Shown piece by piece: positions 9,350 to 19,382 of a DNA stretch of 64,000 nucleotides (position 1 is the first letter of the stretch; each line of letters starts with the position of its first letter). The stretch covers positions 128,001 to 192,000 of the forward strand of contig JBDHKN010000006.1 in NCBI GenBank assembly GCA_039586365.1. Direction: 5' to 3'. The stretch is from Gemmatimonadota bacterium. Lineage in GTDB: Bacteria > Gemmatimonadota > Gemmatimonadetes > Gemmatimonadales > GWC2-71-9. The notes under the pieces were generated by a model. The model saw only the letters and a list, made by a program, of their open reading frames with translations, made no database searches and was not told the DNA's origin. The position numbers were made by a program, and so were the translations under genes.

Positions 9350-10024
9350 ATGTCAATGATCAACTACGCGTCCCGTGAAATCAACTGCAAGCTCGTGTAC
9401 TATGGTCCCGGGCTTGGCGGGAAGACGACAAACCTGGAACACATATACGGTCGGGTCTCCCCGAACGCTCGTGGCAAGATGGTGTCGCTGGCGACTGAGA
9501 CTGAGCGTACGTTGTTTTTCGACTTTCTCCCGGTGGATCTGGGTACCATACGTGGTTTCAAGACACGATTCCATCTGTACACCGTGCCAGGACAGGTCTA
9601 CTACAACGCCTCACGCAAGCTCATACTCAAAGGTGTTGACGGGGTCGTCTTCGTGGCGGACAGTCAGATCGAGCGAATGGAAGCAAACATCGAGTCGATG
9701 CAGAACCTGTACGACAACATGGCGGAGTACGGTTACGATTTGACGAAGATTCCGTTCGTAGTACAGTACAACAAGCGGGACCTACCCAACTCTGCGCAGG
9801 TCTCGGAACTGCAATGTCAGTTGAATCCGGGCTGGCCCGCCGAGGACCCCACCAAGAAGAAGCTCACACCGGACCCGTGGCATCCTGGCGAATATCTGGT
9901 ACAGCAGGTCGACGGTATTTGGGTCGAGCGTGCACCATATTTCGAGTCGGTTGCGATAACCGGTGAAGGTGTCTTCGAGACTCTCAAGGCTCTGGCCAAA
10001 ACGGTGCTGAAATCACTGAGCTGA
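9350..10024 (+). CDS. mglA: small Ras-like GTPase MglA
   Basis: [41 protein letters not shown]. Confidence 0.96.
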   Translation: MSMINYASREINCKLVYYGPGLGGKTTNLEHIYGRVSPNARGKMVSLATETERTLFFDFLPVDLGTIRGFKTRFHLYTVPGQVYYNASRKLILKGVDGVVFVADSQIERMEANIESMQNLYDNMAEYGYDLTKIPFVVQYNKRDLPNSAQVSELQCQLNPGWPAEDPTKKKLTPDPWHPGEYLVQQVDGIWVERAPYFESVAITGEGVFETLKALAKTVLKSLS

Positions 10025-10037
10025 GGCTGCCGGTGCG

Positions 10038-10700
10038 ATGATCTGGACGCTACCCAATATCCTGACGATATGCCGTATCGCGCTGACCCCGGTCATCGCA
10101 CTGCTTCCGTTCATCCACGGATACATCCCCAAGATCATCGCCTTTGTTGTTTTCCTCGCTGCAGCAATCAGCGACATATATGATGGGAGACTCGCCCGCG
10201 AGCGGGACCAGATAACCGACCTAGGCAAGTTGCTGGATCCACTGGCAGACAAGCTGTTGCTCTTTGCAACGCTAGTCCCGATCTACTGGATCACCAATTA
10301 CCGGATGCAGGAGTATGGCATTCCCTGGTGGGGCAATGTTCCCCTGTGGGTCGCGCTCGTCCTCGTCGGGCGCGAACTCCTCATGACGCTGTTTCGACAC
10401 GTGGCGCAGAAGAGAGGGGTCGTGATCGCGGCGGCAGGTGCGGGCAAGATCAAAACGATCGTGCAGGATATCTTCATCGGCGCCACGATAGCCTGGTTTG
10501 CATGGAAGGACATGCGACTTGCATTTGGATGGCAGACTGGCTGGTTCGGTGCTCTGTGGGAACGCTTTCACGGAACTGTGATAGCAGTAACGCTAGCAAT
10601 AACAGTGCTCGTGACTGTCTACTCCCTGGGTGTCTATATCTACAGGTACAGGATGCTCTTCCGTGGGGTACCCTCCGCTGCCCCGGGCGATGGATCTTGA
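10038..10700 (+). CDS. pgsA: CDP-alcohol phosphatidyltransferase (PgsA-like)
   Basis: LPNILT; SDIYDGRLAR...GKLLDPLADK motif. Confidence 0.88.
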   Translation: MIWTLPNILTICRIALTPVIALLPFIHGYIPKIIAFVVFLAAAISDIYDGRLARERDQITDLGKLLDPLADKLLLFATLVPIYWITNYRMQEYGIPWWGNVPLWVALVLVGRELLMTLFRHVAQKRGVVIAAAGAGKIKTIVQDIFIGATIAWFAWKDMRLAFGWQTGWFGALWERFHGTVIAVTLAITVLVTVYSLGVYIYRYRMLFRGVPSAAPGDGS

Positions 10701-11949
10701 AGTCGTTACCGTCGGTACTGAGCTATTGCTTGGTTACACCCTAGATTCCAACGCAGCAGACATAGCTCGTTCACTCGCTCCGATCGGCGTTCGTGTCGTC
10801 CGTCGCTCGACCGTCGGAGACGACGAGGCAGCGATCCAGCAGGTCGTGGTCGACTGCCTCGAGCGTACTGGCTTCGTGATATTGACTGGTGGATTGGGCC
10901 CGACGCGGGACGATGTCACGAAAAAGGCTGTGGCGAGAGTCTTCGATGCCCCGCTGGAACTGGATGGCGAGTACCTCGAGCTGTTGCAGGAACGGTTCGC
11001 TCGACTTAGCAGTGGGCCAATGCCCGGGAGCAATCGCAGTCAGGCAGAGATACCACGCGGTGCTGTGGTCCTGACCAACCCAAGAGGTACAGCCCCAGGG
11101 CTGTGGATCGATGGACCCCTTGGCCTCGCCATCCTGCTGCCTGGCATCCCGAACGAAATGCGCGGGATCTTGCAGCGCGAGGTCATTCCACGGATGAGGC
11201 ATCGGCTGTATGAGCAGCACGGGCACCCTCGAGTGACGAAATCCAGGACACTCCGCACTACCGGCGTGTCGGAGTCCAAGCTCGCGGAATGGTTGGCGGC
11301 GCCGGAGGCCACGCTCGGTGCCGTTTCGTTGGCATACCTGCCGGGGATCGATGGCGTGGATTTGAGGCTCACGGCCTGGGAGATGCCAGAACAAGAAGTG
11401 GACGGTGCTCTCGATTCGGCTGTGGCCCTCCTCCGGCCGGCACTGGGAAGTGACTTCTATGGCGAAGAGGATGTGGATTTGGCGGAGGTAGTGCTGGAAC
11501 GACTGCGCGACGCCGGGTCTTGTCTCGCTGTGGCGGAGTCGTGTACTGGAGGTGGAATGGGTGCTAGACTCACGGCCGTGCCGGGCTCATCTGACGTATT
11601 CGCTGGCGGAGTCATCTCTTACTCCAATACCTCCAAGATCCGCGACCTCGGGGTCTCCGAGCAGCTCATCGAAGAGCATGGTGCGGTGAGCGTACCGGTC
11701 GTGGAGGCGATGGTGCATGGTGTGCGCGACAAGTTCGCAACCGATGCGGCTGTGGCGGCAACGGGTATTGCGGGACCTGGAGGCGGCACCTCGGAGAAGC
11801 CGGTCGGAACCGTATGTGTGGCCGCCTGCTTCCGTGAGCACACCAGGTCGCTCAAGAGGTGGTTTCCGGGCGGGCGGTCTGAAGTGCGTGATCGCAGCGC
11901 TCAGGCCGCGCTTGATCTGATGCGACGGCTGTTGGAGCGCGCCAGCTGA
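10690..11949 (+). CDS. cinA: competence/damage-inducible protein A (MoCF-like + NMN deamidase)
   Basis: VGTELLLG, GGLGPTRDD, AESCTGG, TGIAGPGGG. Confidence 0.95.
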   Translation: MDLEVVTVGTELLLGYTLDSNAADIARSLAPIGVRVVRRSTVGDDEAAIQQVVVDCLERTGFVILTGGLGPTRDDVTKKAVARVFDAPLELDGEYLELLQERFARLSSGPMPGSNRSQAEIPRGAVVLTNPRGTAPGLWIDGPLGLAILLPGIPNEMRGILQREVIPRMRHRLYEQHGHPRVTKSRTLRTTGVSESKLAEWLAAPEATLGAVSLAYLPGIDGVDLRLTAWEMPEQEVDGALDSAVALLRPALGSDFYGEEDVDLAEVVLERLRDAGSCLAVAESCTGGGMGARLTAVPGSSDVFAGGVISYSNTSKIRDLGVSEQLIEEHGAVSVPVVEAMVHGVRDKFATDAAVAATGIAGPGGGTSEKPVGTVCVAACFREHTRSLKRWFPGGRSEVRDRSAQAALDLMRRLLERAS

Positions 11950-12079
11950 GGCCGATCAGTTGCGTTCGTAGTATCTCTGCCATTCTGGCGTGCCGGAATG
12001 GTGTGTTCCTTGCGTGATGTATATTGTCTACGAGTGTAGTTCGTCCACTTTGGAGATGCAGAAGGTATCGGAAAGAGGT

Positions 12080-12730
12080 ATGGTGAAACGAAAGAAGCGC
12101 AAAGCACAAGCTGGTGAGCCGACCGAACCGGTTGAGCAGGTGATGTCAGATGTGGACGAGGCAGTTGAGGCTACAGGGCAAGAGCCGACCACGGGTGAAT
12201 CTGGCATCGAGGAAGTGGTCTCGCAGGATGCGCCAGTTGACACCTACGCGGAAGAGTTGGCGCGACTGACTGAAGAGGTCGAAGTGCAGAAGGAGCGCTA
12301 CCTTCGCTTGGCTGCGGAGTTTGACAATTATCGGAAGAGGATGCTACGCGAGCGGGAGGAGACCCGAGCCGTGGCGCAGGGGGACGTGGTAGCCACGATA
12401 ATCGAGTCGCTCGATGATTTGGCGCGGGTTGCGGACCTCGATCCATCTCAGACAAATGCGCAGGATGTCATCGCTGGAGTCGAGCTGGTGGAGCGCAAGC
12501 TATTGCGTGAGCTGCAGAATGCCGGCCTGGTGCCTATTGGTACAGAAGGGGATCGCTTCAATCCCCACGATCATGAAGCCGTGGCGACCGCGCCGGCACT
12601 GGAGGCGACCCAGGAGGACCACATCGCGGCCGTCCTGCAGACTGGCTATCGCTTTGGTAAGACGTTGTTGAGGCCAGCGCGAGTGCAAGTCTTCGTGACG
12701 ACTGGAACAGACGAAGTGTCCGACGCGTAG
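12080..12730 (+). CDS. grpE: nucleotide exchange factor GrpE
   Basis: LRLAAEFDNYRKR, FNPHDHEAV, GYRFGKTLLRPARV. Confidence 0.95.
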   Translation: MVKRKKRKAQAGEPTEPVEQVMSDVDEAVEATGQEPTTGESGIEEVVSQDAPVDTYAEELARLTEEVEVQKERYLRLAAEFDNYRKRMLREREETRAVAQGDVVATIIESLDDLARVADLDPSQTNAQDVIAGVELVERKLLRELQNAGLVPIGTEGDRFNPHDHEAVATAPALEATQEDHIAAVLQTGYRFGKTLLRPARVQVFVTTGTDEVSDA

Positions 12731-12736
12731 GCGACC

Positions 12737-13828
12737 GTGAGCGGCAAGGATTACTATCAGATTCTGGGGATCTCCGAGAAGGCAACTGGCGAGGAGATCA
12801 AGAAGGCGTATCGGCGATTGGCCAAGAGATACCATCCCGATGCCAATCCCGGCAACGCTGCTGCCGCCGAACGGTTCAAAGAGATTTCGGAAGCCAACAC
12901 GGTTCTGAGCGATCCCCAACAGCGCAAGAAGTACGACATGATGCGCAAGTACGGGGCCTTCGCTGGCGGGCCGAAGGCTTGGGGTGCCCGTGCTGGACGT
13001 GCGGGTTCGACTCGGGTAGAGGACTTCGATTTCGGTGGCGGATTCGGTGGGTTCGGGGGTCTGGGCGACATCTTCTCGACGATTTTTGGACGTGGCAAGC
13101 GGCCCGGGGATGTCGAACCTATCGAGCAGGTCGCAGAAGTACCGTTCAAGGTGGCTGCGCTCGGTGGCAAGATCCCCGTCACCGTTTCAGTGAGAGAAGC
13201 CTGTCCTATGTGTGGCGGTTCTGGGGCGGCACCCGGGGCGAGAGTGTCGAGCTGTCAAGAGTGTGGTGGGCGGGGGACTGTCAGCTTCGGACAGGGGAGC
13301 TTCGCTGTGAACAGGCCGTGTCCGGCGTGCCGCGGCCGCGGCCAGGTGGCCAGTGAGGTTTGCGGTAGCTGCACTGGGGATGGGGAGGTGGCGGTGCAGA
13401 AGAAGCTGCGTGTTACGGTGCCGCCGGGAACCGACTCCGGACACAAGGTGCGGCTAAAGGGTCAGGGGCAGCGCAACCCAACAGGAGGGCGGCACGGTGA
13501 CCTAATAGTGACCTTCCAGGTCAAGCCTGACAGGTTCTTCCGGCGAGAAGGCTTGGATATCCTCTGCACGATCCCCCTGAACCTGGTCCAGGCCATATTG
13601 GGTACTAAACTGCACGTCCGGACTATCCATGGACAGAAGGTAGTACTGAGAATCCCACCTGCAACCCAACCAGGCCGCAAGCTGAGGATCAAAGGACAGG
13701 GAATCGAGCGGAACGGACGGCGGGGTGATCAGCTGGTTGAGGTCGCTGTCACCATGCCAGAGAAGCTCAACCCAGAACAGGAGCGGCTGCTCAAGGAGTT
13801 CGCCACTTCAGTTGGGATGAAGTACTAG
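12737..13828 (+). CDS. dnaJ: chaperone DnaJ
   Basis: J domain with HPD, G/F region, four CxxCxGxG repeats. Confidence 0.95.
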   Translation: MSGKDYYQILGISEKATGEEIKKAYRRLAKRYHPDANPGNAAAAERFKEISEANTVLSDPQQRKKYDMMRKYGAFAGGPKAWGARAGRAGSTRVEDFDFGGGFGGFGGLGDIFSTIFGRGKRPGDVEPIEQVAEVPFKVAALGGKIPVTVSVREACPMCGGSGAAPGARVSSCQECGGRGTVSFGQGSFAVNRPCPACRGRGQVASEVCGSCTGDGEVAVQKKLRVTVPPGTDSGHKVRLKGQGQRNPTGGRHGDLIVTFQVKPDRFFRREGLDILCTIPLNLVQAILGTKLHVRTIHGQKVVLRIPPATQPGRKLRIKGQGIERNGRRGDQLVEVAVTMPEKLNPEQERLLKEFATSVGMKY

Positions 13829-14631
13829 TTTCCGGCAGCTGGGGTGAGCCAGGGAGATGAATCGTCAGGCTCGATATCACCGTATGCCCCAACCGAGAAG
13901 GTCGCGTTGGGACCTTCCTGCCACCTCACAACCTCACCGGTGAACGGCGAGAATCCGTAAACCATGAATCCCTCAAAGCCCTCGCGCCCGGCCAGTATGT
14001 TAGGGCGGCCTCTCGAATCGACTGAGATGTCTGTGATGAACACATTGTCAGCCCACTGCCAATCCACCCTCCACCTTATCTTCCCCATTTCGTTGTAGAG
14101 TGTGACCTTTCGGTGGGGAACGAGGTGCAGCACTCCGCCTTGGTCCGCAACCAGCAAGCCAGTTCGAGGACTGGATTCTATGAGGGCAAAAGTCGAGATG
14201 CTGTCCTCACGAAAAGCCACAAGCCGGTCATCTCTCGTCTCGAGGACTATGCGCCCGTCTGGGAGGACCGCGAACTGGTGCTGAACAGCCGTAATAGAGT
14301 CTACATCGATTCTCTGTTCGACCTCTCCGCCGGCTCCGAAGACTACAATCCAGGCCCGCCCATCGCGCACGTCAGATACGTACAAGCGGCCATCGTGCCA
14401 CTGTAGATGGGTTGGACTGACCAGCTCGTCGATCCCGAGTGTATCTGTCTTGCGAGTGAGCCGATTGAATATTAGAACACCAGGAAGAGTCGGGCGGGAG
14501 ATCGCCAGCACGCTGTCACCCGCCGGGGCGACCGCTCGTCCATCGAGGAAGATCAACTCGGCCTGTGACGGGGCGTCGCACGACTGAAGCAGTGCTCCTG
14601 CCAACAAGGCCAACGGGAAAGAAGAGCGCAT
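13825..14631 (-). CDS. hypothetical lipoprotein, probable beta-propeller
   Basis: Lipobox LLQSC; repeated short beta-strand blades (LYVSD, FAVLPDGRIV, ISVDSRG). Confidence 0.65.
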   Translation of the reverse strand: MRSSFPLALLAGALLQSCDAPSQAELIFLDGRAVAPAGDSVLAISRPTLPGVLIFNRLTRKTDTLGIDELVSPTHLQWHDGRLYVSDVRDGRAWIVVFGAGGEVEQRIDVDSITAVQHQFAVLPDGRIVLETRDDRLVAFREDSISTFALIESSPRTGLLVADQGGVLHLVPHRKVTLYNEMGKIRWRVDWQWADNVFITDISVDSRGRPNILAGREGFEGFMVYGFSPFTGEVVRWQEGPNATFSVGAYGDIEPDDSSPWLTPAAGN

Positions 14632-14892
14632 TGTTAGGCCCTCGTATTGGTGTCGATGTAGCTGCTGTTACCAAATCTAATAGCTACAAACCACCCGTGC
14701 GGTGATATCAATCTCGTGTGCAAGCGGGGCCACACAGACATCATTGTGGCTGCACGGGTGAGATCAATAGCTTTCGGAACGTGACCGATGTCGGGTAGTG
14801 AAGGCAAGGGACGGCGGAGGCAGGTGTTGGCCGCTCCTGTCGTTCGCTGCTTACCGACCGGCAAAGATCAACTCACCCGAGGAAGCTCGATC

Positions 14893-15318
14893 ATGTCTAC
14901 CATCGCAACCTATCGGCGCTGGACCTTCGAACTTCCAGCAGAGTTCGGACATCGTGACGTTACTGCCGAAGTCCGGGATTTGGTGACAGAGGCCGGCGTC
15001 GAAACAGGGATAGTCTCGGTGCAACTCGTGGGTTCGACCGGTGCCGTCACCACGATAGAGTACGAATCCGGAGCGCTAGAAGACTTGAAACGCGCCCTGG
15101 ATCGTGCGGCGCCCATCGACGCGCACTACGAGCACAATGCTCGCTGGGGAGATGGCAACGGATTTTCGCACGTCCGCTCTGCAATTCTCAAGACAAGCAT
15201 TACGGTGCCGGTCATAGATGGACGCCTGGACCTCGGTACCTGGCAGCAGATTGTGATCATAAACCTCGACAATCGTTCCAGAACCAGAAAAATGACAGTT
15301 GCAGTAGTCGGTGTTTAG
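14893..15318 (+). CDS. yjbQ: YjbQ/UPF0047 family protein
   Basis: GSTGAVTTIEYE, HNARWGDGNGFSHVRS, LGTWQQI. Confidence 0.9.
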   Translation: MSTIATYRRWTFELPAEFGHRDVTAEVRDLVTEAGVETGIVSVQLVGSTGAVTTIEYESGALEDLKRALDRAAPIDAHYEHNARWGDGNGFSHVRSAILKTSITVPVIDGRLDLGTWQQIVIINLDNRSRTRKMTVAVVGV

Positions 15319-15336
15319 TATGAAGACCAACCTTTG

Positions 15337-15693
15337 CTACGAACGTCGTTTCTCTTTGCCGACGAACTTGTTGGCGCCCCAGCTGGTGAGACTCACAATG
15401 ACGGATGCGATGATCGCTGTGGTCAAGCCGTCCGTATGAAAGGTCGGCATGAATCGAGCAACCAATAGCACCATCGCTCCGTTGATGACGAAAATGAAGA
15501 GCCCCAGAGTCAAGAAAGTGATCGGAAACGTCAGAAATACTACGATGGGCCGGACGACCGCATTCACTATGCCGAGTAGAAAGGCTGCGATCAGGAGGGA
15601 AAAAGTAGTATCGAACCTGATGCCACCCAGGAGCTGATCGGCCAACCACAGACCGAACGCGGTAATGAATAAGCGTGCTAGGAAAGATGTCAT
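15337..15693 (-). CDS. YvlD/DUF360 4-TM membrane protein (holin-like superfamily)
   Basis: LLGIVNAVVRP...TFPITFLTLGLFIFVING. Confidence 0.88.
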   Translation of the reverse strand: MTSFLARLFITAFGLWLADQLLGGIRFDTTFSLLIAAFLLGIVNAVVRPIVVFLTFPITFLTLGLFIFVINGAMVLLVARFMPTFHTDGLTTAIIASVIVSLTSWGANKFVGKEKRRS

Positions 15694-15788
15694 GATCGAG
15701 TGTCTCTACGACTCATTCGTCCCAGTTGTTTCAAGGGCTGGCAACACGGAATATGTCCGGCCGGCACGCGGTGAGCTGCACTGGAGTC

Positions 15789-16220
15789 TCAGGAAGAGAA
15801 CTCCACTTGATCCACCAAGTGCATGCCCTGAGCCAAGCTCTTGTGGACGGGACAGCGCTGCGCAATCTGGGTAAGGCGCTTCCGTTGGCTGTCGTCGAAA
15901 TTGCCTGCGATACGTACGAAGCTAGTTACTTGCTCGATCTGCCCACCTCTGTCTTTCTCGCAGCCATCACAGTCATCGGCATGCACCCGTTTGAAGTCGT
16001 ACCACGCGGACACCGACTTCAGCGGTATCCCCTTGTGCTTGCAGTACAGTGACAGGGTAATGCACGTGCACGCTGAAAGTGCACCAAGTAGCAACTCGTA
16101 TGGATTGGGAGCTAGGTCGGTGCCCTTGGCCTCAGGCGGTTCGTCTGCTCGCCACGTGTGCCGGCCGTTGGAGATGGTTACCAGCATTCCTGATGTGAGT
16201 TCAGCGGTGACCTTTGTCAT
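15789..16220 (-). CDS. OsmC family protein
   Basis: ADEP..G.D..PNPYELLLGALSACT; RCPVHKSL. Confidence 0.9.
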   Translation of the reverse strand: MTKVTAELTSGMLVTISNGRHTWRADEPPEAKGTDLAPNPYELLLGALSACTCITLSLYCKHKGIPLKSVSAWYDFKRVHADDCDGCEKDRGGQIEQVTSFVRIAGNFDDSQRKRLTQIAQRCPVHKSLAQGMHLVDQVEFSS

Positions 16221-16231
16221 ATGCTCTCCAA

Positions 16232-16999
16232 TCAAATCACTGCTCTCAAGAATGCAACTATTGCACCTGCTGCTCTCTCAGCATGTTCGTGGCGCGTGAA
16301 CAGGTGGTTCGCGTCCGGTATCGCCGCGAACCACCGGGGTTGACGCGCGGCGGAGAATACCTTCTCGCTTTCTTCGATGCCGATTACCTGGTCGGCTGTT
16401 CCGTGGACTACGAGCAGTGGACGCCGCAGATTCGTGATATGGTCGAGCGTGGACTGGCGCCCTAGGTCCTTAAAGAACTCAGCAGATATCTCGAAAGGAC
16501 GGCCGGCAATCTTGACGTGGACTCGCCCGCTCGAGAGTGCTGTCTCAATATCATCTTCGTCGAACAAATGCCGCACATGCTCGGCGGTCGAAGGCGCTGC
16601 CACTGTAGCCACCGCGCGGATCTCGGGAGATTCCCTCGCAGCCAGCAGGGCCGCAGCGCCGCCGAGACTATGTCCGACCAGCGCGCAAGATCCAAAACCC
16701 CGCAGTTGCATGTAGCGTGTTGCGGCTTCCAGATCTCCGACGTTAGTGGTCAGACTGGTCTCGGCAAAATCGCCGTCGCTCTCGCCTAGTCCAGTGAAAT
16801 CGAATCGCAGCACGGCGTATCCACCGTCTTCGATACCCGTGGCCAAATTCCGTATGACCTTGTATGACCGCGAGCAGGTGAAGCAGTGAGCCAACACCAC
16901 GCCGCCCCGAATATCGCCGTCAGGGATCTGGAGAGAGCCCGATAGGCGGGTCTCAACGCCGTCGAAAGTGACTTCTTCGTGTCTACGGTTCACGGTCAA
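16232..16999 (-). CDS. alpha/beta hydrolase (OsmC-associated type)
   Basis: AHCFTCS, RFDFTGLGESDGDF, GHSLGG nucleophile elbow. Confidence 0.9.
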   Translation of the reverse strand: MTVNRRHEEVTFDGVETRLSGSLQIPDGDIRGGVVLAHCFTCSRSYKVIRNLATGIEDGGYAVLRFDFTGLGESDGDFAETSLTTNVGDLEAATRYMQLRGFGSCALVGHSLGGAAALLAARESPEIRAVATVAAPSTAEHVRHLFDEDDIETALSSGRVHVKIAGRPFEISAEFFKDLGRQSTLDHITNLRRPLLVVHGTADQVIGIEESEKVFSAARQPRWFAAIPDANHLFTRHEHAERAAGAIVAFLRAVI

Positions 17000-17005
17000 T
17001 CTCTG

Positions 17006-18169
17006 TCATAGCCCCACCGCGGCCCGGTTGATGACGCCACCTCCCAATAGCCGTCCATCCTCCCCGTAGAGTACTCCCGACTGCCCCGGAGTTACTGCAC
17101 ACACCGGCTCAGCAAGGTCGAGTGCGAGGTTGCCTTCTTGCGCCGCCTTGCGGTCAGACACACGGGCCGGGACCGGTTTACTTCGGTAGCGGACCTGAAC
17201 CACACATCTGGCGTCTCGATCCAGAGGGGGGCTCAGCCAGTTGACGCCCTCGATCTCGAGGCTGTGGCCGAACAGCTCCGCGCGTGGGCCAATCACGACT
17301 TCGCGAGTCTCGGGTCTTATGGCAGTTACATACATTGGAGTCTTCGAACCACCCGGTAGACCCCGTCTCTGACCAATCGTGTATCTGGCATACCCGCCGT
17401 GTTCGCCCACCACCTCTCCACTGGAAGTGACAATCGGTCCTGGAGTGAGTGCAGGTGAGTCTGCTGGAAGATGTTGCGCCAGTAGAGTCACGTAGTTGTC
17501 GTCAGGCACAAAACAGACTTCGACCGACTCCCTCTTTTCGGCGGTCACGAGACGCAGATCCCGGGCGATCTGTCGGGTTTCCTCCTTCGCGAGGTCACCC
17601 AGCGGAGTCAGCATTCGCTGTACTACGGCCTGGTCGATTCCCCACAAGAAGTACGTCTGATCCTTGTCCGGGTCACGACCGCGATACAGTGCTCCATGTC
17701 TGGCTATCGCGTAGTGACCGGTAGCGATGTAATCGCACCCTAGAGCATCGGCGTGCCCCATGAGATCACGGAACTTGGTGAACGAATTGCAGCGAACACA
17801 CGGGATCGGAGTTCGGCCCCTGGCATACTCAGAGACGAAGTTCTGGATGACATCCCGATTGAACCGATCAGCGAAATCAAGCACGTAGTGGGGTATGCCA
17901 AGACTTGCCGCAACTGACGCCGCGTCGGATATCGACTCCAAGGAACAACAAGGGCGATCCGGGACCTGGTCGCCGTAACAGAAGAGCCTCATGGTGACGC
18001 CGAGTACTTCATATCCCTGCTGGACCAGCAGAGCGGCGGCCACGGAACTGTCGACACCACCGGACATGGCCAGGAGGACCTTGCCACTTGTGCCTTGTCG
18101 GTCCGGGCGATCGCGCAGTATGCCCGTGCGGTGGTGTGCGGTTGACCTCTCCGCAATGCCACCATTCAT
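17006..18169 (-). CDS. mnmA: tRNA 2-thiouridine(34) synthase
   Basis: AMSGGVDSS, TPIPCVRCN, ATGHYA, KDQTYFL, TIGQRRG, TPGQ. Confidence 0.96.
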   Translation of the reverse strand: MNGGIAERSTAHHRTGILRDRPDRQGTSGKVLLAMSGGVDSSVAAALLVQQGYEVLGVTMRLFCYGDQVPDRPCCSLESISDAASVAASLGIPHYVLDFADRFNRDVIQNFVSEYARGRTPIPCVRCNSFTKFRDLMGHADALGCDYIATGHYAIARHGALYRGRDPDKDQTYFLWGIDQAVVQRMLTPLGDLAKEETRQIARDLRLVTAEKRESVEVCFVPDDNYVTLLAQHLPADSPALTPGPIVTSSGEVVGEHGGYARYTIGQRRGLPGGSKTPMYVTAIRPETREVVIGPRAELFGHSLEIEGVNWLSPPLDRDARCVVQVRYRSKPVPARVSDRKAAQEGNLALDLAEPVCAVTPGQSGVLYGEDGRLLGGGVINRAAVGL

Positions 18170-19335
18170 GGTGCTGCACCGTTCAGCGATCTCAACTTCT
18201 GCACTATGTCTGGCATGACTGCGATAGCACGATCCACATCCTCCGTAGTGTTGTCATGGGAGAACGAGACCCGTACTGCACTCCTGGCAGAATCGGGTGG
18301 CACTCCCATAGCTCTCAGCACATGGGAATAGGATCCGGTGCCCGTGTTGCAGGCCGATCCGGAAGAGCAGCAGATGCCAGCCTGATCCAAGTGCATCAGG
18401 ATTGATGTGCCATCAGCACCGGGAAACGAGATGTTCGAGATGTGTGGTGCCCGTTGGCTGCCGCCGTTGATCTGGATATTGGCAATTGCACTCCGGAGCC
18501 CGTCCTCCAACTCGTCACGCAGTAGTTTCATGTGCCGGGATGCATTCTGCCGTTCGGCCACCGCCAACTCCACTGCGACTCCCAGTGCCACAATGCCGAT
18601 GACATTCTCAGTACCAGGGCGGACCCCAAGTTGCTGTCCGCCACCATGCAAAAGAGGTTCTATCAGGGTCGCTTCAGGAATGATGAGCGCACCGATTCCC
18701 TTGGGCGCTCCTATCTTGTGCCCCGAGATGGTTGTGAGCACACCGGGAAGCTCGCTGAGATCACAGGGGACCTTTCCCACGGCCTGAACGGCATCGGTGT
18801 GGAAGTGAACGCCGTGGTCGGCGCAAATGGATGCAAGCTCCCCTACGTCCTGTGTCACGCCGGTCTCGTTGTTCACCCACATCACGCTCAATATGGCCGG
18901 GTTCTGCCTGAGCACCTCTTTCACATCATCCGGGGAGACCAGTCCCGAGGAGTCGACAGGTACCGTATGCGATTCGCCGCCCAGGCTCACGACGGCGCTA
19001 GCTGCATCCAGCACGGCCTTGTGCTCGATGCTACTGACCGCAACGCACATGCTCTTATTCCTTCGTGTGGCTGCCAGAGCTGCGCCAATGACCGCGAGGT
19101 TGTCGGCCTCAGTGCCGCCGGACGTGAAAACCACGCCTGGGGGAGGCGTTCCCAGAGCGTCGGCGACTCGTCGCCGAGCATCCTCAACCGCTGCGCGAAC
19201 AGTGCGCCCGATGCGATGCGATGAGCTGGGATTGCCGAACTGCTGCCGGTCATCTAGGAACGGCGCAATAGCTGCGCTCACCTCCGGTCTTATGCGCGTT
19301 GTAGCCGCATTGTCGAGGTATGTAATGTGCTCCAT
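18166..19335 (-). CDS. iscS: cysteine desulfurase (IscS/NifS family)
   Basis: YLDNAATT, GNPSS, FTSGGTE, SGHKIG, SSGSAC. Confidence 0.93.
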   Translation of the reverse strand: MEHITYLDNAATTRIRPEVSAAIAPFLDDRQQFGNPSSSHRIGRTVRAAVEDARRRVADALGTPPPGVVFTSGGTEADNLAVIGAALAATRRNKSMCVAVSSIEHKAVLDAASAVVSLGGESHTVPVDSSGLVSPDDVKEVLRQNPAILSVMWVNNETGVTQDVGELASICADHGVHFHTDAVQAVGKVPCDLSELPGVLTTISGHKIGAPKGIGALIIPEATLIEPLLHGGGQQLGVRPGTENVIGIVALGVAVELAVAERQNASRHMKLLRDELEDGLRSAIANIQINGGSQRAPHISNISFPGADGTSILMHLDQAGICCSSGSACNTGTGSYSHVLRAMGVPPDSARSAVRVSFSHDNTTEDVDRAIAVMPDIVQKLRSLNGAAP

Positions 19336-19382
19336 AGCGGGAGGAATCTAGGCGGAGGTACGAAGCAGTGGAATGGAGTTGG

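Noticed and set aside
15337..15693. Holin-family gene as evidence of a prophage
   Set aside because: YvlD/DUF360 proteins are common chromosomal genes, and no phage genes are nearby.
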